A stretch of DNA of 64,000 nt from Felis catus (taxonomy: Eukaryota). Under the pieces are notes generated by a model. The model was given only the letters and a program-made list of their open reading frames with translations. It was not told the origin of the DNA and ran no database searches. The stretch lies in the NCBI RefSeq assembly GCF_018350175.1, contig NC_058377.1:105214001-105278000 (forward strand). Direction: 5' to 3'. Of this stretch, positions 1 through 28,100 are shown in pieces. Every line of letters starts with the position of its first letter. Position 1 is the stretch's first letter. The translations under genes and the position numbers were made by a program.

Positions 1-3628
<3,628 letters not shown>

Positions 3629-5323
3629 GTCGAGGTCTGGGGCGGCCCGTCGGCACTCGAGCGCAACGATAGAGAAATGGACACAGGCGAAGAGACAGGG
3701 GCCCCCACCCGCGCGCGGCGAACTCCAATGCCGCTGCCTCCGCCCCAGAGACACGTTGCAGGCCAGAGCGGCCGGGGCGCGGGGCATCACGGGACGGCCT
3801 CACCTGGCCTCTTGGAGGACTCACGGCGCCCTAGGCGGCCAACCAAAAGAGGCCCCGCCCCTAGAGGCCCCGCCCCGTCGCTTACCGCCCGAGCCCGGAG
3901 TACCCGGATGAGGGCGAGCTGTCGGGGGTCCTTAGGAAGCGGCTGCGGTTTTGGAGGTGGCTGTTGCGGGCGTGAGCGGGTGGGGGCCCCTTCCTCCGCC
4001 CTCGGAACCGACCCGCTGCCCTCAGCCCCCGTCCGCGTCTTTCGCCCAACCGAAGACCCCCGTCCTCTCCCTCTTCCATTGCTCGGAGAGTTCTCGGGGC
4101 TGATCTGCCTTTTGGAACCGGAAGTACTGCAGAGGTCTAAGAGGGTCAGGGAGGGGACAGCGATTTGTGCACCTCCCAGACTGGAACCAAGGTCCGGACC
4201 TCTCTCTCCTTAGCACCCCCAGTTCCTCCAAACTCAGCCGGTACCCTCACCTGGCCCTAGGATGATCGATCACTCTGCCTTACCCCGAGGACACCAGGAG
4301 CCTCACCTTTCCTCTTTTAAACTGTGTTTTATTTTTCAGATGTGGGAGGGCCCGCTAGGCCACTTGCCCTCATTATTAGTGCCCCCGTTGCTGTAGAAAT
4401 TCTGACCTCAAACACAAAACCGGAATTTCCCCGGGTGAGACCCTTAATGGCCCAGGAAAGCAGTCAGTCCTGCAATTTCCAGGCCACTCCACCTCAGAGA
4501 GGCTTTGCAAGGAAGGAGGAGGAGGAGGACCACGTGGCTTGGAGCACCTACAGCATGCCACAGAGCAGGCAACCCCCATTTTACAGATGAGGAAGCTGAG
4601 GCTCAGGGGAATTGGTTTACCTGAGATCTCCCCAGTAAGTCAGGCAGAGCTAGGTGGGGACCCTGGGTGCAGATTCTATTGCATATGCAGAGTGAGCACG
4701 AGACCTTGGATGACTCCAAGATACCTCTGAGCAAGGCTGCACTGAGAGAAGCTAAAAATGTCATTGTGGTTTACCTACGTAAACAAGGACTCTGCCTGAC
4801 TTAGGAAGCACTGAATAGCCAGTAAAAAGAACACCGGCTTTGTAGAAAAACTAGGCCTGAGTTTGAGTCCTGCCTCTTACCGGTATGACCTTGGACAAGT
4901 CATTAGAGCTCTCTGCCTGTTTCCCAGAAGTAAAATGGGGTCACAGACTCAGCTGCTCCCTTCCTGGTGTGGTGCCAAGACCAACTGCACGAAGATCTTA
5001 ATAAATGAATTCACTGCATGCGATGCCCACATAGGAGTTGAAGTTACTCCGTGGGTAAACGCCCCTTGGTGATGAGGTGGGTGCTGTTGTTGGGCATAAA
5101 AGCAGCCCTGTGCCCAGCATGGATCAGTCTGTCTTCTGGCAGCCAAGTGCAGGTGTGAACCTTGCTCAGCCCCACGCTCTTCTCCATTCGCAGCCCACGT
5201 ACTAGAGTTTGGACTTGGATCAAAGTCTGGGGCAGCTCCCTCATTACTAGGGCCCTGGGTGCGTGATTGTGTCAGCAGGGTGCCAGTGCCTCCAGCGGCT
5301 CATACTGTTATCCTCTCCTCCAG

Positions 5324-5436
5324 GTGCTCCTACGACCTTTGCTGTGCTTAGACCCAGGTAGTACCCACGGGATCGCCCAGCCTCTGGCAGCTCAACGTGA
5401 AGGCGTGAACTCAGCTTGCTTCAGAGCCTCCCCACC

Positions 5437-5439
<3 letters not shown>
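5324..5439 (+). other. TKFC: TKFC exon: 5'UTR plus only the ATG
   Basis: Acceptor ctcctccag at 5315-5323; CCCACC-ATG|gtgagt at 5431-5445. Confidence 0.8.
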
Positions 5440-16478
<11,039 letters not shown>

Positions 16479-16865
16479 GCGCCTCCTGGGCCTCTGTGCC
16501 CCTCTCACCGCGGCTCAGCGGTGGCCACTGGCAGTTCCTCCTGTCTTCCAGCTGTGACCCTCCCTGTCCCCTTGCCCCCAGGGCCTGTCCTGAGTTTGGC
16601 AGGGAACCCTCTACCAACCTCCAGAATTCCTACAGAAACTGCAGGCCCAGAGTGGGTCATGTACCACCTTAGCGCTGCCCTTTCCCTCTTCAGGGAGGTG
16701 GAATTCTGGGGTCATGCTGCTCTGCCCCAGCCACCTCGAGGCCTCAGTGATAGGCATTTTCCTTGGGTGGCAACATGGCCTTTAACTGGCCATGCTAATT
16801 TGGTTTTAAGGCTTCCTGTGAAAGGCCTTCCGACCTTGACCCTGAGCCAATGTGAAAAACAAGCA

Positions 16866-16871
16866 AATAAA
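16866..16871 (+). terminator. TKFC: TKFC polyadenylation signal
   Basis: First AATAAA after the stop codon, ~390 nt downstream. Confidence 0.65.
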
Positions 16872-16971
16872 CCACATGGAAGCAAGAGCTCCGGCTTCTG
16901 CTGAGGGAGATTTTTCCCACCAATACACCAGGCACTAAGGCCTCAGCCTCTGGTTGAAATGATCATGACCC

Positions 16972-17181
16972 GGGGTGCCTGGGTGACTCAGTGGGTTAAG
17001 CATCCCAACTTTGGCTCAGGTCATGATCTCAGAGTTCGTGAGTTCGAGCCCTGTGTTGGGCTCTGTGCTCACAGCTCTGAGCCTGGAGCCTACCTCAGAG
17101 TGTCTCCTCTCTCTGCCCCTCCCGTGCTCACATTCTGTCTCTTTCTCTCAAAAATAAATAAACATTAAAAAAATTAAAAAA
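16972..17181 (+). mobile_element. Can-SINE
   Basis: Head, body and A-tail. Confidence 0.92.
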
Positions 17182-19801
17182 GAGATGATCACGACCCACA
17201 CCCTACTACCTGACACCCCAAGGTAGGGTCTACGCAGCTGGGCTGGCTCCACTGGGATCCCATTCCCGTTCTCCCTCCAGTACACACACCACACCTCCTA
17301 GGTGTGCTTTTCTCAGCACTACGATAACCTTCAGGAATCCAGTGGGCAAACAGGACACCAGAAGAAATCACCGTATTTTATATATAATTTTTTTTGAAAT
17401 CACCATATTCTAAAGCTCAGTGGTAGGACAGAAGCTGCACCCAAGCCAAACCCCAGGTCCCTAGGGCAATCGCTGATAGCATCTGGGCAAGCAGGAGGGG
17501 CTGCCGCGTCCGGTGCACGGTAGAGACGATACACACACCTGGCCCGTGCTCGGTGCAGGGGAGCAGTTAAAGGCACTGGTGTGGACTCAGACACAACTAA
17601 ATCCCGATTTGGCTTCAAACCGGCTACATAAACTCAGGCCCACTATTTAGCCTCTTGGAATCTGTAAAATCAGAACAGTACCCGTCTCACAGGGACAAGG
17701 ACAGGGACTGACATGAACTGAAGGCAAAGCCCCCAGCACAGCCCAGGTGCTCACTCGCTGAGTTCCTGTTATCACTAGCGTCTGCACCCGACTCCTGCCG
17801 GGTCATCTGATCCACCAGCAGGAGGTATCTACAGCTGGTCACAGAGGGAAGGGGGCCCTCCGTCACTTACTTTACCCAAAGTTGGCCGCAGGCTCCCTCA
17901 GTCCCTGGGCTTCTCTATCCAGGGTCCCCTGTCTATCATGAGTCTGCACCTCGGGTCCCTCGTCACTGGGTATGGTTTTCAGTGCATAGGTGCACACACC
18001 CAGCAGCTGGGAAGGAGACTGGCATAAACACCTGGCCTGTGGATCCCAGCTCTACCACTTCCTGGCTCAGTGATCTCGGCTACCAGTGACCAAGTCACTA
18101 CCCAGTTTCTGAGTTCCAGTTGTAAAAACAGAAAACATTTCCTTCCTTGTGAGATAACCAAGTACTCAGAAGCTTTTCGTTATTAAGGACGTCCAGACAT
18201 ACCATGAGTCACATACCATTCCAGGAGGGCAGCCTGGAGCTCTCTGGCGCCTTTTGGTGTGTTTCTCCCCAGTCTGAAGGTCACAGCTGTCCCAAGGCTT
18301 TCACAAGTTTCCCAGAGCTCAATTAACCACAATTTGATCACAGTAGAGAAGGCTTTGATTCTTTAAAACACGATTAAAGGAAACCAAGCTGCGCGAACAA
18401 GTTACAGCTCCACCCATACGGAAAGAGGGGGCGCGGGGCACGTGACTGAGGTGCCTGGAAGTCATCCCAGTGGCTTCAAAGGCTCCATCCCCTCAGGAAG
18501 TCCAGTCACAGTCCTGCCGACATCGGGCCACATGGGGTTGGGGTGGACGGTCCGCCTCCTCACCACCTGCCAGGGGTAAGTGCACTGGTGCTGCTGGTCA
18601 CTGAGCACGGCAGTATGGCAGTATGGAGCTGGGTCCCAGCAGGGCTCATTTGGAGAGGGCGGGAAAAGCCACGGCCCCATCGCTTGAGAGAGGAGCAGAT
18701 TCCCCCGTCCCATCCCCCACTACTCCCCCCCCCCCCCCCCCCCCCCCCGCAGCTCGCCCTCAGGCATAACACAAGACTGGGTTTGGCCAAGCAAGTAGCC
18801 ACTGAGAGGGCAAATGAGGCACTCCAGTACTCAGCAGGGAGCACCTTGGAAAGCCGCCCACGGGGCACAATGCACCACAACTTTGGCTTGTTGCATGGGG
18901 AGCTAGAGTGAAAATCAGCTGGGCAGGGGCTCTGCCAAGAGAGCGAGGCTGAGCTTGCCCGGGGCCAGGTGGGGAGGCCCTGATCTGGGCAGGGGCAGGA
19001 ACGGAAGTCCAAGGCGTCCCTGGGGCTCATCCCTTGTGGGGCAGCCGGGGACACGCGGTTCTTGGGAGAGCAGGTCATCAGGGTTCCTTGGGCTGCCTGA
19101 CATTGACGGGCACATAAGTCACAGGGAAAGGCCAGGATCTAGGCCAGGGCTGTGGCAGCAGCGAGAGGTGGGGGCACGTGGTCACAGTGCAGGTGGACGA
19201 GGAATGCAGGGACACGAAACAGAACAGCAAAGAGCAGTCAGCTCCTCAGCTTCTCTGCGGAAGCCCCTCTGCTGCCCTTCTCCTTCCATCACCTTCCACC
19301 TTCTCCATTCCAGCCTCACGTCTGGGCGGGCTGGATGGAGGGCACGGCAGATGCTGGCCGCCCGACGGTCAGGGCGGCCCAAATATAACGCACGCCTTCC
19401 GGGGAAAGCTGCCGGACACCGTTACCTCCCTCACTTTCCACGTACAAGTTGCACCTGCGTCCTGGCTTATCTGAGCTGGAGAGAGTCTCTACCAGATCCT
19501 TAGGGGCCGAGAGGGGAAATCAGCTTGACTTCACACAGGGAGCAGGGAGCACACAGCGTGAGCAGCTGGGGCGGCGTGTGTGGAGAACCCGAGAAGTCGA
19601 TGCCAGGAAGGGGTAGAGAAGCCACCAAGCAGAGCGGGTGGGCAGGAGACTGGTGGGGAGAGCAGGCCCCACGCGGAGGCCAGAAGAGGTTCGGGCCCAG
19701 AGCGCAAAGCTAGTCTGTTGCCGAAACCAGAGAGGAGCCCCTGGCAGAGAAGAGCTTCTGGGGGGAAACACCTCCACCTGCTCGTGGGTGCCCTTCCCGC
19801 T

Positions 19802-22800
19802 TCACTCCCCGTCACGCAACAGGGGCTGGAAAGACAGGCAGAGGCACAGGCGTTAATGGCAGGACACCACAACTGCCCCTGACTGGCAGGAGTCACACCT
19901 GGCCTGAGCTGTTCAGACAGACCCCCGACCCGCAGGGCGGTCCCCGCCCAAGCCACCACATCTCTCAGGGAAGCCCCAAAGTCCCTCAGTCCGACGCACC
20001 CCCCGTCTCACCACATCCCTCGGGGAAACCTACCCACACACCGAACCCACACCGAACCTGTCAGCCAGCACCTGCTGGATAAGCTCCGCCCCCAAGACGA
20101 GCCCCAAAGCTGGGAGAATGGGAATTCCGACACCCTCTCGTCATGCTCAAGCCCTTCCTTGGAGGACAGGAGGCCACACTTTCCCCTCATGAAGCCACAG
20201 GAATTTGGAGAAGGGCGTAACCATCTGTCCTCTCCCAAGGGACAGGCCCCGGGAGCCTCTGAACAGCTCCATTTGCCACCATGGCTGGGATGAGCCGCTT
20301 TGACACAGTGCCCCCCCATCAGCCAACCTAACCCCACCATCAGTCGACCCGGTTTCCCACCATGTTACTGAGCGGGCTTCCCGGCAAGGCCCGAACCCTT
20401 CCTGGGTGACCCTTCTCTAGGCCTGGCCCTATCCCAACCTGGAATGAAAGACCCAAGACCCCGTACCTGTCCTTCGCTCAGGATCCCTGGCTCTGGGCGT
20501 TTCCAAGACGAAACCAGGAGGATATAGAGCACCAGTAGCCCAAAGACCACGACCAGCATCCCAGTGCTGTTGGCAAAGACAGCTTCACTGGGCAGACTGG
20601 AGTATGGCTGGGTGTTGTTGTTCCTGAAGATGACAAAACACCGTGGGCCCTCGAGAGATTTTTGCCACCTGTTTTTGCCCAGTGATAGACCCAACACCCT
20701 TAACAGATGGTGAGAAAAGCTTCCAAGGACCATCTGTGACCTGGAATGTTAACATAGTTTCTGGTCCCTGCCACCACCACAAGTATCTGCAGGATGCTTT
20801 TCACCTATGAGGAAACTAAAGCTCAAAAACATGAGCTTGCCCGCAGTCGTACAACTAGTAAACGGCATAGCCCAGACTCAAACCCAAGTCTGACCTCGTA
20901 TCTTCCTTGCTTTTCACTACCCACCCCCCATGCCTTAAAATAATGGGGGATGGTAGCGGTTAGGCATGAGGTGGTCATCTTAACCCCCAGCTCTGCCACT
21001 TTCGGGCCGTGTGCCCTTAGGGAAGTTACTTAACTTCTCTGTGCCTCAGCTCCCTTATTTGTAAGCGGCAATGACAACAGTATCCATGTTGTAAGATGAT
21101 CAGAGGATTAAATTTAAGGCGCTTAGAATAGCTTCTGATAGGGGCGCCTGGGTGGCGCAGTCGGTTAGGCGTCCGACTTCAGCCAGGTCACGATCTCGCG
21201 GTCCGGGAGTTCGAGCCCCGCGTCAGGCTCTGGGCTGATGGCTCAGAGCCTGGAGCCTGTTTCCGATTCTGTGTCTCCCTCTCTCTCTGCCCCTCCCCCG
21301 TTCATGCTCTGTCTCTCTCTGTCCCAAAAATAAATAAACGTTGAAAAAAAAATTAAAAAAAAAAAAAAGAATAGCTTCTGACACACAGTAGGCACTGAGT
21401 CAATCGGATGACCAATTTACCAATCCCAACCTAAAGATTCCATGACCTTCCAGATCAAGAACAAGCCCATCTCCAAAGGCTCCCCACCCCTGGATAGGCC
21501 CTGTGATCACAGGGTGCATCTTTGGAAGACGCTATGCCTTCCCCTCGACATTAGAGCTGGGGGCCCCATCCCACTCACAAACTGAAGAAGAGCTTCTCAT
21601 TAATGCCGGAAATGACAGATGCAATGGACAGAAAGAGGATGACAGCTCCAAAGAAGACGTGGATGGGTTTAAGGAGGCTGCGCAGCCACACGGACACCCA
21701 CGGCAGCAGGAAGACAACAAAGCCCAGGAACCACTGTGAACACAGGGAGGTGCCTGACTGCACCGTGCTGTTCCCGAAGGTGTAGCAGGCCATCCTGCCC
21801 CCCTGGGCCCCTGACCCCACAGTGGCCTCTCGCCCTTCTTTCCCAGCTCAAACCTCCCACCAGCTCCCGCACTGTGGTCGATTTCTTAGCCGAACCAGAA
21901 TGTTCCACGAAATGCTCAGCTACAAGCCCAGTCTCCCGAAAGCCCAGCCACCCTTGTGATGTCTCTGCTGCCTTCCAGTCCCGGCCCATAAAACACGCCT
22001 GTGCAGGGCTGACGTCAGTGTGCAGAAACCACTTCCAGAATTGCTTCTGGCTCACAGAAAGGTGGGGACGGGGAAGGTGGAAAAGACCACAGACCGCATC
22101 AGCGTGGTATGCGCTATGATAAAGCTAGGACAACGGAGGGGCAGGGGGACGGGCGTGGGAACTACCAGTCTCCTGCGGCCACTTAAGCTGCCGATTCTAT
22201 GGGATGCGCCCTGCAGGGCCATCTCTGGGCAATAACCGGAGGGAGTATTTGGTGCGGATGCCAGCAAAGTCCCAACCGGAGCCCACGGCCGCCGTCTGGG
22301 AGCGGGAACCCGAAGGAGAGGACCCACCTGGCAGGCAAAAAGGAAGACGGTGACGATGCCCAGCCAGCTGTGCAGGGAGTAGAGGCTGACGGTGTTTTCG
22401 TGGTTGTGAAACTGAAAGACGACGACCAGCCCCAGCACGGTCAGGATGAAGGCCAGCAGGTGCAGGACTGCGTGGCCAATCTTCCATGGCAGCTTGGGCC
22501 CCACCCACGACTGCGGCAGGCGGTACACCAGCGATGCTGCGGGAGAGAACGTCCCAGGGCCCGGCCTCTTCCCCTCGGCTCCCCCAGCACGTTAGGGGGA
22601 ATTGGCCTGACGCGGTCCCACACCGCCTCCCAACCAGAGAGGAAGGAAATGCCAGCACGCGGCCACCCACTCCCCGGCACCTCCTCTCCTCACATCGTTT
22701 CAGCCGTGAAGGGTGCAGAGGGAGACAAAACAGTGACAAAAAGGGAGAAGCGGGTTTCTTGGACCCACCGGTCTGTCCTTACATAATGATGTGTACATAT

Positions 22801-23878
22801 GTCATTACATAACAAAGGCACTCAAGCACCGTTCTGCGGGTGAGAAAGCAATGTCGCTTTCGTTATTTCTTCCGCCTTCTTACAAGCGCAGTTAGCTGTC
22901 ACAAACCCGGGCTCTTAATCGGGTTACACAGACCGAGGTCCACAGCCCGGCTCTGCCTCTCAGCTCTGTGGCCTCTTGTTTCTAAATCTCAGTTTCCCCA
23001 TCTGTAAAATGGGGAGAGCGGCAGAGCCCATCTCACAGGCTTCTCGTAGGAACAAAATGGGCTGAGGTATCTGAAGTGCACAGGTTAAGCAGCTACGACC
23101 AATGTCATCACCGTTCCCATTTTACAGGTGGGGAAAGTGAGGCTCACTTGGGCCCAAGGCCCAGCTCTGGATGCACGGGGCAAACACGGGCCTGGCACGG
23201 GTAAGCAGCTTCCTCATGGAAGGACCCGTGTCATGAGACGCTTCAATCTCCTGCTCCCTAAAGCAGAAGTTGGCAAACTACAGCCCATGGGCCAAGTCCA
23301 GCCTGCCATGCATTTTGGTGAGTAGTTTTACTGGAACACAGTCACGGGCGTGTTTTCATGTCATCTATGGCTGCTCACGATACAAGAATAAGGATGGGTA
23401 GTTGCAACACAGATCGTAGAGCCTGCAAAGCCTGGAACGTTTACTATCTGGCCCTTTACAGAAAAAGCGTGCCAACCCCCGCCCCAGAGTGTCCGTGAAG
23501 CTCTGCTTCTCAGATGGCCCCCCTCCTCACTACTACCTTCCTGTAAATGACACCCGGGGCCACAGACAGCCCGGCCTCCCCCCACTCGCGTAGCCGCAAA
23601 CCCAGCAGTGACAAAGGCCAGCTGTGGAGAGGGAGAGCTCTGCCCCGGCCGGGTCTGGGTCACAGCACGTCTCCCAGGGCCTCGTACTCACCAGCACTGT
23701 AGACCACCACTGAGCCAGCGACCATGAACACGGGGTGATAGTTGAACACGAGGCGGCTGGTGCCATCCCAGGCAAAGCCACCATGCCACAGCTGCATCCA
23801 GTAGACGGTGAGGATGACGCACATCAGGCCCAGCAGCGACAGTGCATAGAAGGACAAGTAGAACCACCCGACAGCCAT
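19802..23878 (-). CDS. CYB561A3: Lysosomal cytochrome b561 ascorbate-dependent ferrireductase, 243 aa. Coding exons: 23692-23878, 22328-22536, 21579-21733, 20467-20623, 19802-19825
   Basis: 732 nt in frame, GT-AG. MAVGWFYLS...FNYHP...SLVYRLP...WKIGHAVLH...LYSLHSW...LKPIHVFFG...GINEKLFF...WKRPEPGILSEGQPLLRDGE*; four heme His (48, 84, 118, 157) and a C-terminal ExxxLL motif. Confidence 0.96.
21141..21367 (+). mobile_element. SINEC_Fc-type young SINE
   Basis: ttcagccaggtcacgatctcgcggtcc variant; TSD agaatagcttctga. Confidence 0.95.
23262..23482. mobile_element. MER58A-like hAT-Charlie MITE
   Basis: gttggcaaactacagcccatgggccaagtccagcc...tggccctttacagaaaaagcgtgccaacccc with terminal inverted repeats. 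Confidence 0.8.
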
Positions 23879-24652
23879 TCTGACCAGGCGCCCCTGGAAG
23901 CAGCAGAGGTCACACGTCCCCGCCGGCTCTGCTGGCTGGAGCGCACCCCACACGCCAGCTAGAGGGAACACTGAGCTCGCTCTTGCCCAAGGGGTGGGTG
24001 CTTTTCACTTCAGATCTCCTGCCACCAGCCCGGGCACTGCCCCGTGAGGCCTGATCTCTGGTTATGGACAGTGAGGCTGGCCCCACCCCAGCACCCAACG
24101 GTACACAGTACGGCCAGCTTGGGCCTGCGGCCGGCTCTGGAGAGGGCCCTCCTCTGCCGGGGCCGGACGTCAAGGCTCTGGGCCCAAAGCCCTGCGATTA
24201 GTCTCCCTTCACAGGGCCAAAAGGTAAAGAATCCACCCCACCCTTTCCCCATGGAAAATTAGGGATAGGAATCAAAATCCAGGCTAGAGTCATAGAAACG
24301 CCTCAGCCCTCAGTTCTAACAGAAGGAGGCAAACCCATAATCTGCAGTGAGCAAACACACCATCATTAGGAAGAAGGAAGAGAGGAAGTCCTATGATCTC
24401 CCACTTCTACAAAAAAGTTCTTCCCCAGACGGTGAACTCCATGGGGCTAAACCTCCCACTGAGGAAGTAAGATCAGGCTGTTGCTCTAGAACCTCCCACA
24501 CTCCACACTTGCAATTGGACAACAGCCCTCAGGTGTCCCCAGGCCTGACACTTCTGCTTTCTCTTCCTCCGTGGAAAGTTCAGAGGAGAAAGGAGGAAGC
24601 AAGAACTCATGGTCTAGAAAGCAAGAGTTTATTTTTAGCTTTCCCTGTGTAC

Positions 24653-24798
24653 CTGATAAACTCAGAAACCAACTCTGGTTTCAGACAAATGCCTCGGGCC
24701 CTAAGCAGTTGCACTTTAACACCAGGCAGGTGGGCGTGAGGTTTGGCGGGCAAACACACAAAGCCACAGGGCCGTCTCGGCTTTTCCGCTAACTACAC
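24653..24798 (-). other. CYB561A3: Possible CYB561A3 5'UTR exon
   Basis: Minus-strand acceptor tgcctgcag| and donor CAG|gtacac bracket 146 nt of unique sequence; splice signals are the only evidence. Confidence 0.35.
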
Positions 24799-25228
24799 CT
24801 GCAGGCAGCACGGGCCCAGCTCTCAAGGCGGTCACCCTGTCCCACAGACTCACACCGAGAAGGGGACCCTGCGGCAGGCTGCAGTTCAGATCCCTTAATC
24901 TGAGGCTGCTAACAGAGAGGAAAGGAAGTCCCTGAAACCGGCCAGAACTCCCAAGGAGGTAACACACTGGATTCCCTCACCTTTAGAATTAGTGGTAGGC
25001 TGACAGAGTGCGGGTCTAGGCTCCGATCCTTATGAAATGAGGCATCTGGAGGAAATCACTTAGCATGTGTAGGACTCAGTCTTCTCATCTGAAAAAAGGC
25101 ATGGTAACAGGAATAGAACTTACTGAGTAGAACCCGTGAACACAGGATCCCATTTGCTCCTCTTGACAACCCTGTGAGAGGTCCTCAACCCCACTTTACA
25201 GAGGAGGAAACCAAGGGTCAGAAAGACT

Positions 25229-25800
25229 TGGGGCACCTGAGCGGTTCGGTCGGTTAGGCATCTGACTCGATTTCGGCTCAGGTCATGATCTCACGGTTTC
25301 GTGAGTTCAGGCCCCATGTGGGGCCCTGTGCCAACAGTGTGGAGCCTGCTTGGGATTCACCCAGTCTCTCTGCCCCTCCCCTGCTTGTGCTGTCTTAGTC
25401 TCTCTCAAAATAAATAAATAAAACTTAAAAAAAAAAAAAACAACTTAAAAAAAAGAAAAGAAAGATTAAATACCAGCATTAGGACCCAGTAAAGGGGTAG
25501 GAAGTTTCAAATCCTTGTCCGTTTGGCTTCAAGTCCCCTGTTTTTTTACCTTGACCACAGGTTGTCAGAAGGTCAAGTGAGGGGCGCCTGGGTGGCTCAG
25601 TTGGTTAAGCGTCCAACTTCGGCTCAGGTCATGATCTCACAGTTTGTGAGTTCGAGCCCCGCGTCAGGCTCTGTGCTGACAGCACGGAGCCTGGAGCCTG
25701 TTTCGGATTCTGGGTCTCCCTCTCTCTCTGCCCCTCCCCTGCTTGTGCCTTCTCTCTCAAAAATAAATAAACATTAAAAAAAAGTTTTTTTTTTAAAAAA
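25229..25800 (+). mobile_element. Two Can-SINEs (25229-25460, 25581-25800)
   Basis: SINE heads and tails; second has TSD aaggtcaagtgag. Confidence 0.92.
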
Positions 25801-26629
25801 AAGGTCAAGTGAGAAAATGTCCGTTAAGGACGCTGTGAGAGCTAAATATTCTCGATGTTGTCACAGCAGTTCATCCTAGCTAGCAACTAAAGCCTGAAGC
25901 TCGTGGTCCCCGTGGCTGCCCAGGCCTCTCAGTGGCCCCAACAGCATGTCACGCCAGTTCTCTCCATGACAGGTGTCCACCTAATCAGAAAAAGACACTG
26001 AGCTCTCACAATGTGATCCAAGTTAGCAGTCACCACACTGAGAAAGTTAGATCCGAGGGCTAGGGGAAAACCAAGCTTCCATAAGGCTAGAAGGAGAAAA
26101 TAATGTCTTCCTAGAAGCTTCCTGACTCAACTCCTGAGCTCAGAGATTTGCTGCCCAGCCTCAGACGCGTCCCCTTAGTCCCCGTAAGAGCAGAGGAAGT
26201 TTCGGGTCACCAGATGTTCAGTCACCCCCCAGTGAAGTCAGCATGAAGCACTTGGTCAGCAGGCTCCATCCATCAGACAGTATCTCTCATGACTTTCTTT
26301 TCCTTTGGAGGAGAAAAAAACAAAAGTAAATATAATCCAAAAGAGACTGTCTCCACCCTCCTGGATTACTGCCCTGGGACAGACTTAGAATATTCAACGG
26401 GGACACTTTCCTGAACGAGGGCCGCAATATTACACTGCTCACAGTACACAGAAGAGCCCTTCCTCTGCCCGAGTGTGCAAAAACAGAGAAAAAAAGAATA
26501 CAGTGAAAACTGCAACCCAAACGCTGAGAACAGTCTTTCATTTATTCCAAGAAAGTAGGTTTGTGCTATGATTTCAGGGTGTGCTCACCATTGTTTGGTC
26601 TCTGACTCTGCCCATTCCAAAGCAGAAAT

Positions 26630-27115
26630 CCCCATACGCTTCTACAAAGGCCCAGAATGGTAAATATCTTAGGCTTTGTAGGCCGGACAGTCTCTGTCAC
26701 AACTATGCCATCGACTCTTCTGATGTAGTGCGAAAGCAGGCACAGACAACACCTTCACAAATCAACACGGCTACGTTCCCCCAAAAACTTTATTTGCGGG
26801 CAAATTTCAGGTTCATGTTGTCTTTACGTATCACAAATATTATCCTTTTCATTTCTGTTAGTTATCTAAAAATGGAAAAACCTTGGAGCGCCGGAGTGAC
26901 TCAGTTGGTTAAGCGTCCTGACTCTTGATTTCAGCTCAGGTCATGATCTCACAGTTGCGTGAGGTCGGGCTCCACGTCCAGCTCTGCGCTGACAGCACGG
27001 AGTCTGCTTGGGACTCTCTCTCTCTCTCAAAATAAATAAACATTTTTTTTTAATAAAAAAAAAATGCAGGTGTGCCAGACTTGGCCTGGAAGTTACAAGT
27101 TTTGTCAACTGTGAT
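26630..27115. mobile_element. MER58B-like element interrupted by a Can-SINE (26885-27063)
   Basis: aaaggcccagaatggtaaatatcttaggctttgtagg...aaactttattt MER58 body. Confidence 0.7.
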
Positions 27116-27965
27116 CTAAGAAATATACTCCCCAACCTAATACTTTCCTCGGTCCCTTGACAAAAAGGATTCTCCCTGGCTGCATCAGGCCCTGGGGTAG
27201 GAAATGGGTAAGTTTCCATTCAGCTCTTAATCTTAGGAAAAGGCTCTATTCCAAGCTCTTATAATATAACTTTTATAATTTAGAACTACAAGCAGATGAA
27301 GGGATAGAAAGTCAATTTGTTGTTCCTGCTTCCAGATGAATGGTGGGGGATTTAGGAATCCTGAGAATCAGACTTCGGGTTCAAGTCCTAAACGCTTCTC
27401 TGACAGATCAAAATCACCGGGACCCAAAGAAAGAAAGCGACTCGGCCACGGTGAGTGGCAGAGCTGGTACAGGAACCCAGGTTCACTTCCCCTCAGCTCC
27501 AAGAACGCCTCACTTCCAAACGTAGCTTCTGTAAAATCAGGGCTCAGGAGTGAGGACCCCTGAGCTCCAGCCAGGAGGTAGGTAAGCAAGGTGCTCCTTA
27601 GCACCACAGTGATTACAGACCCGCCCTTCCGGACTGCTCCCGTTTGGCTCCGGTGTCGGGAGAACCGCTCCAGGAATCCGGAGCCCGATCCCTGACTCTT
27701 CTGCGGGGACGGAGGGCGGCTGTCGGTCCTAGCTAACCTTCGGTGAAAACTACGGCGAGGAGCTCCGCCTGCTGACTGCGACTTCCGAAGAGCTTTCGTG
27801 CCTGTGCAACCACACCTGTAGAAGGAAGGGCACGGACAGCGGTGTCCATTTCCTACAAAAGAAAGCTGAGCCCGAGCGAGGGGTAGCGACAGCACGAGGG
27901 AAAATAGCAGCGGAGCCAGCACTCGAACCCAGGTCCGTGAACTCCCCACCCGAGCTCTTTCTCAC

Positions 27966-28100
27966 CCCCGAACCACAGAGGGTCGCAGGGGTCTCTCGGA
28001 CCCGCCTCTCGCCACCCGGCGCCGCGGCTACTAAGACTCCGGGAAGTTGGAATCGGGGACTTTCGGAGACAGACCCACCCGCCGGGCACCGCCACCCAGT
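27966..28100 (-). other. CYB561A3: Probable CYB561A3 non-coding exon 1
   Basis: Minus-strand donor GG|gtgaga at 27965; TATA-like TATAAG (~28128-28133) and ETS site (28143-28150) upstream, inside the CpG island. Confidence 0.45.

Noticed and set aside
18543-19959. ORFs of 120-180 aa in the CYB561A3 3'UTR
   Set aside because: Low-complexity GC-rich UTR with no homology or splice support
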